Positions 63,556 to 64,000 of a DNA stretch of 64,000 nt are shown piece after piece. Each line of letters begins with the position of its first letter. The stretch's first letter is position 1. The position numbers and the translations under genes are program-made. This stretch comes from Mobula hypostoma (Eukaryota), in the NCBI RefSeq assembly GCF_963921235.1, contig NC_086097.1:90646001-90710000 (forward strand). Direction: 5' to 3'. Under the pieces are notes generated by a model. It saw only the letters and a list, made by a program, of their open reading frames with translations, was not told where the DNA came from and did no database searches.

Positions 63556-64000
63556 ATTGTTATAAACATCAGGGTGCAATGAAACTGATTGCTCCTTGTA
63601 CCCTCACAGAGTAAACAGTGTACATGGTAATACAGTGACAAGCATAAACCACGTTAAAGTGGAAAGATTATAGTGAAGTCTGAAGTAGTCTGAAGAGGAA
63701 TGTCTGAAGTGACAATAATAGAATGAGTGAAAGAGGTAGAATTAAGAGCTCTGTAACATAGCAGCGCCACTGGGAAGCAGGGTGAAAAGTGTGAAGGAGG
63801 TATATAACAAAGCCAACAAAACTATTCCTATGGATTTTGTCTTTGTGCTATACAGTGTAGGCCTTTTCGCCCACCAAGTCCATACTTACTGTCAACCAAC
63901 CATTTACCAGTCCTCCCTTATTCCCAGATTATTCTCCCTACATTCCCATCCATGCCAAACAGATTCTACCACTCTCTTTCACACTAGGAGCAAATTACAG

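Overview
Eukaryotic, repeat-dense genomic DNA. The repeat families (HE1/V-type SINE, CR1 LINEs with SGNH-esterase ORF1, Rex1/Babar, L1/Tx1, Penelope relics, PNMA-gag Gypsy) point by inference to a cartilaginous fish, probably a ray. I could not confidently call any host protein-coding gene, so the window looks like a large intron or gene desert with nested transposons. The main elements are a fragmented Rex1/Babar LINE (3.2-7.6 kb), a younger Rex1 with a target-site duplication (TSD; 8.6-9.9 kb), a Harbinger MITE (14.7-15.6 kb), solo LTRs, a Hero-like restriction-endonuclease (RLE) retrotransposon (25.7-28.7 kb), two near-full-length CR1s (33.4-35.9 and 46.1-50.3 kb), a Gypsy element split by the second CR1, a degenerate L1 (52.1-56.4 kb), and five copies of a ~630-bp non-coding retroposon. 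Three signals stand out. (1) The Hero 3' UTR holds all hammerhead-ribozyme core motifs in a non-circularly permuted order inside a highly paired region. (2) A conserved T TTA AAC slippery heptamer sits at the ORF1/ORF2 junction of two CR1 subfamilies whose ORF2 has no ATG, which suggests -1 ribosomal frameshifting. (3) Many tiny Penelope-derived units carry minimal hammerheads, some with their own TSDs. All boundaries were read by eye and no searches were run.
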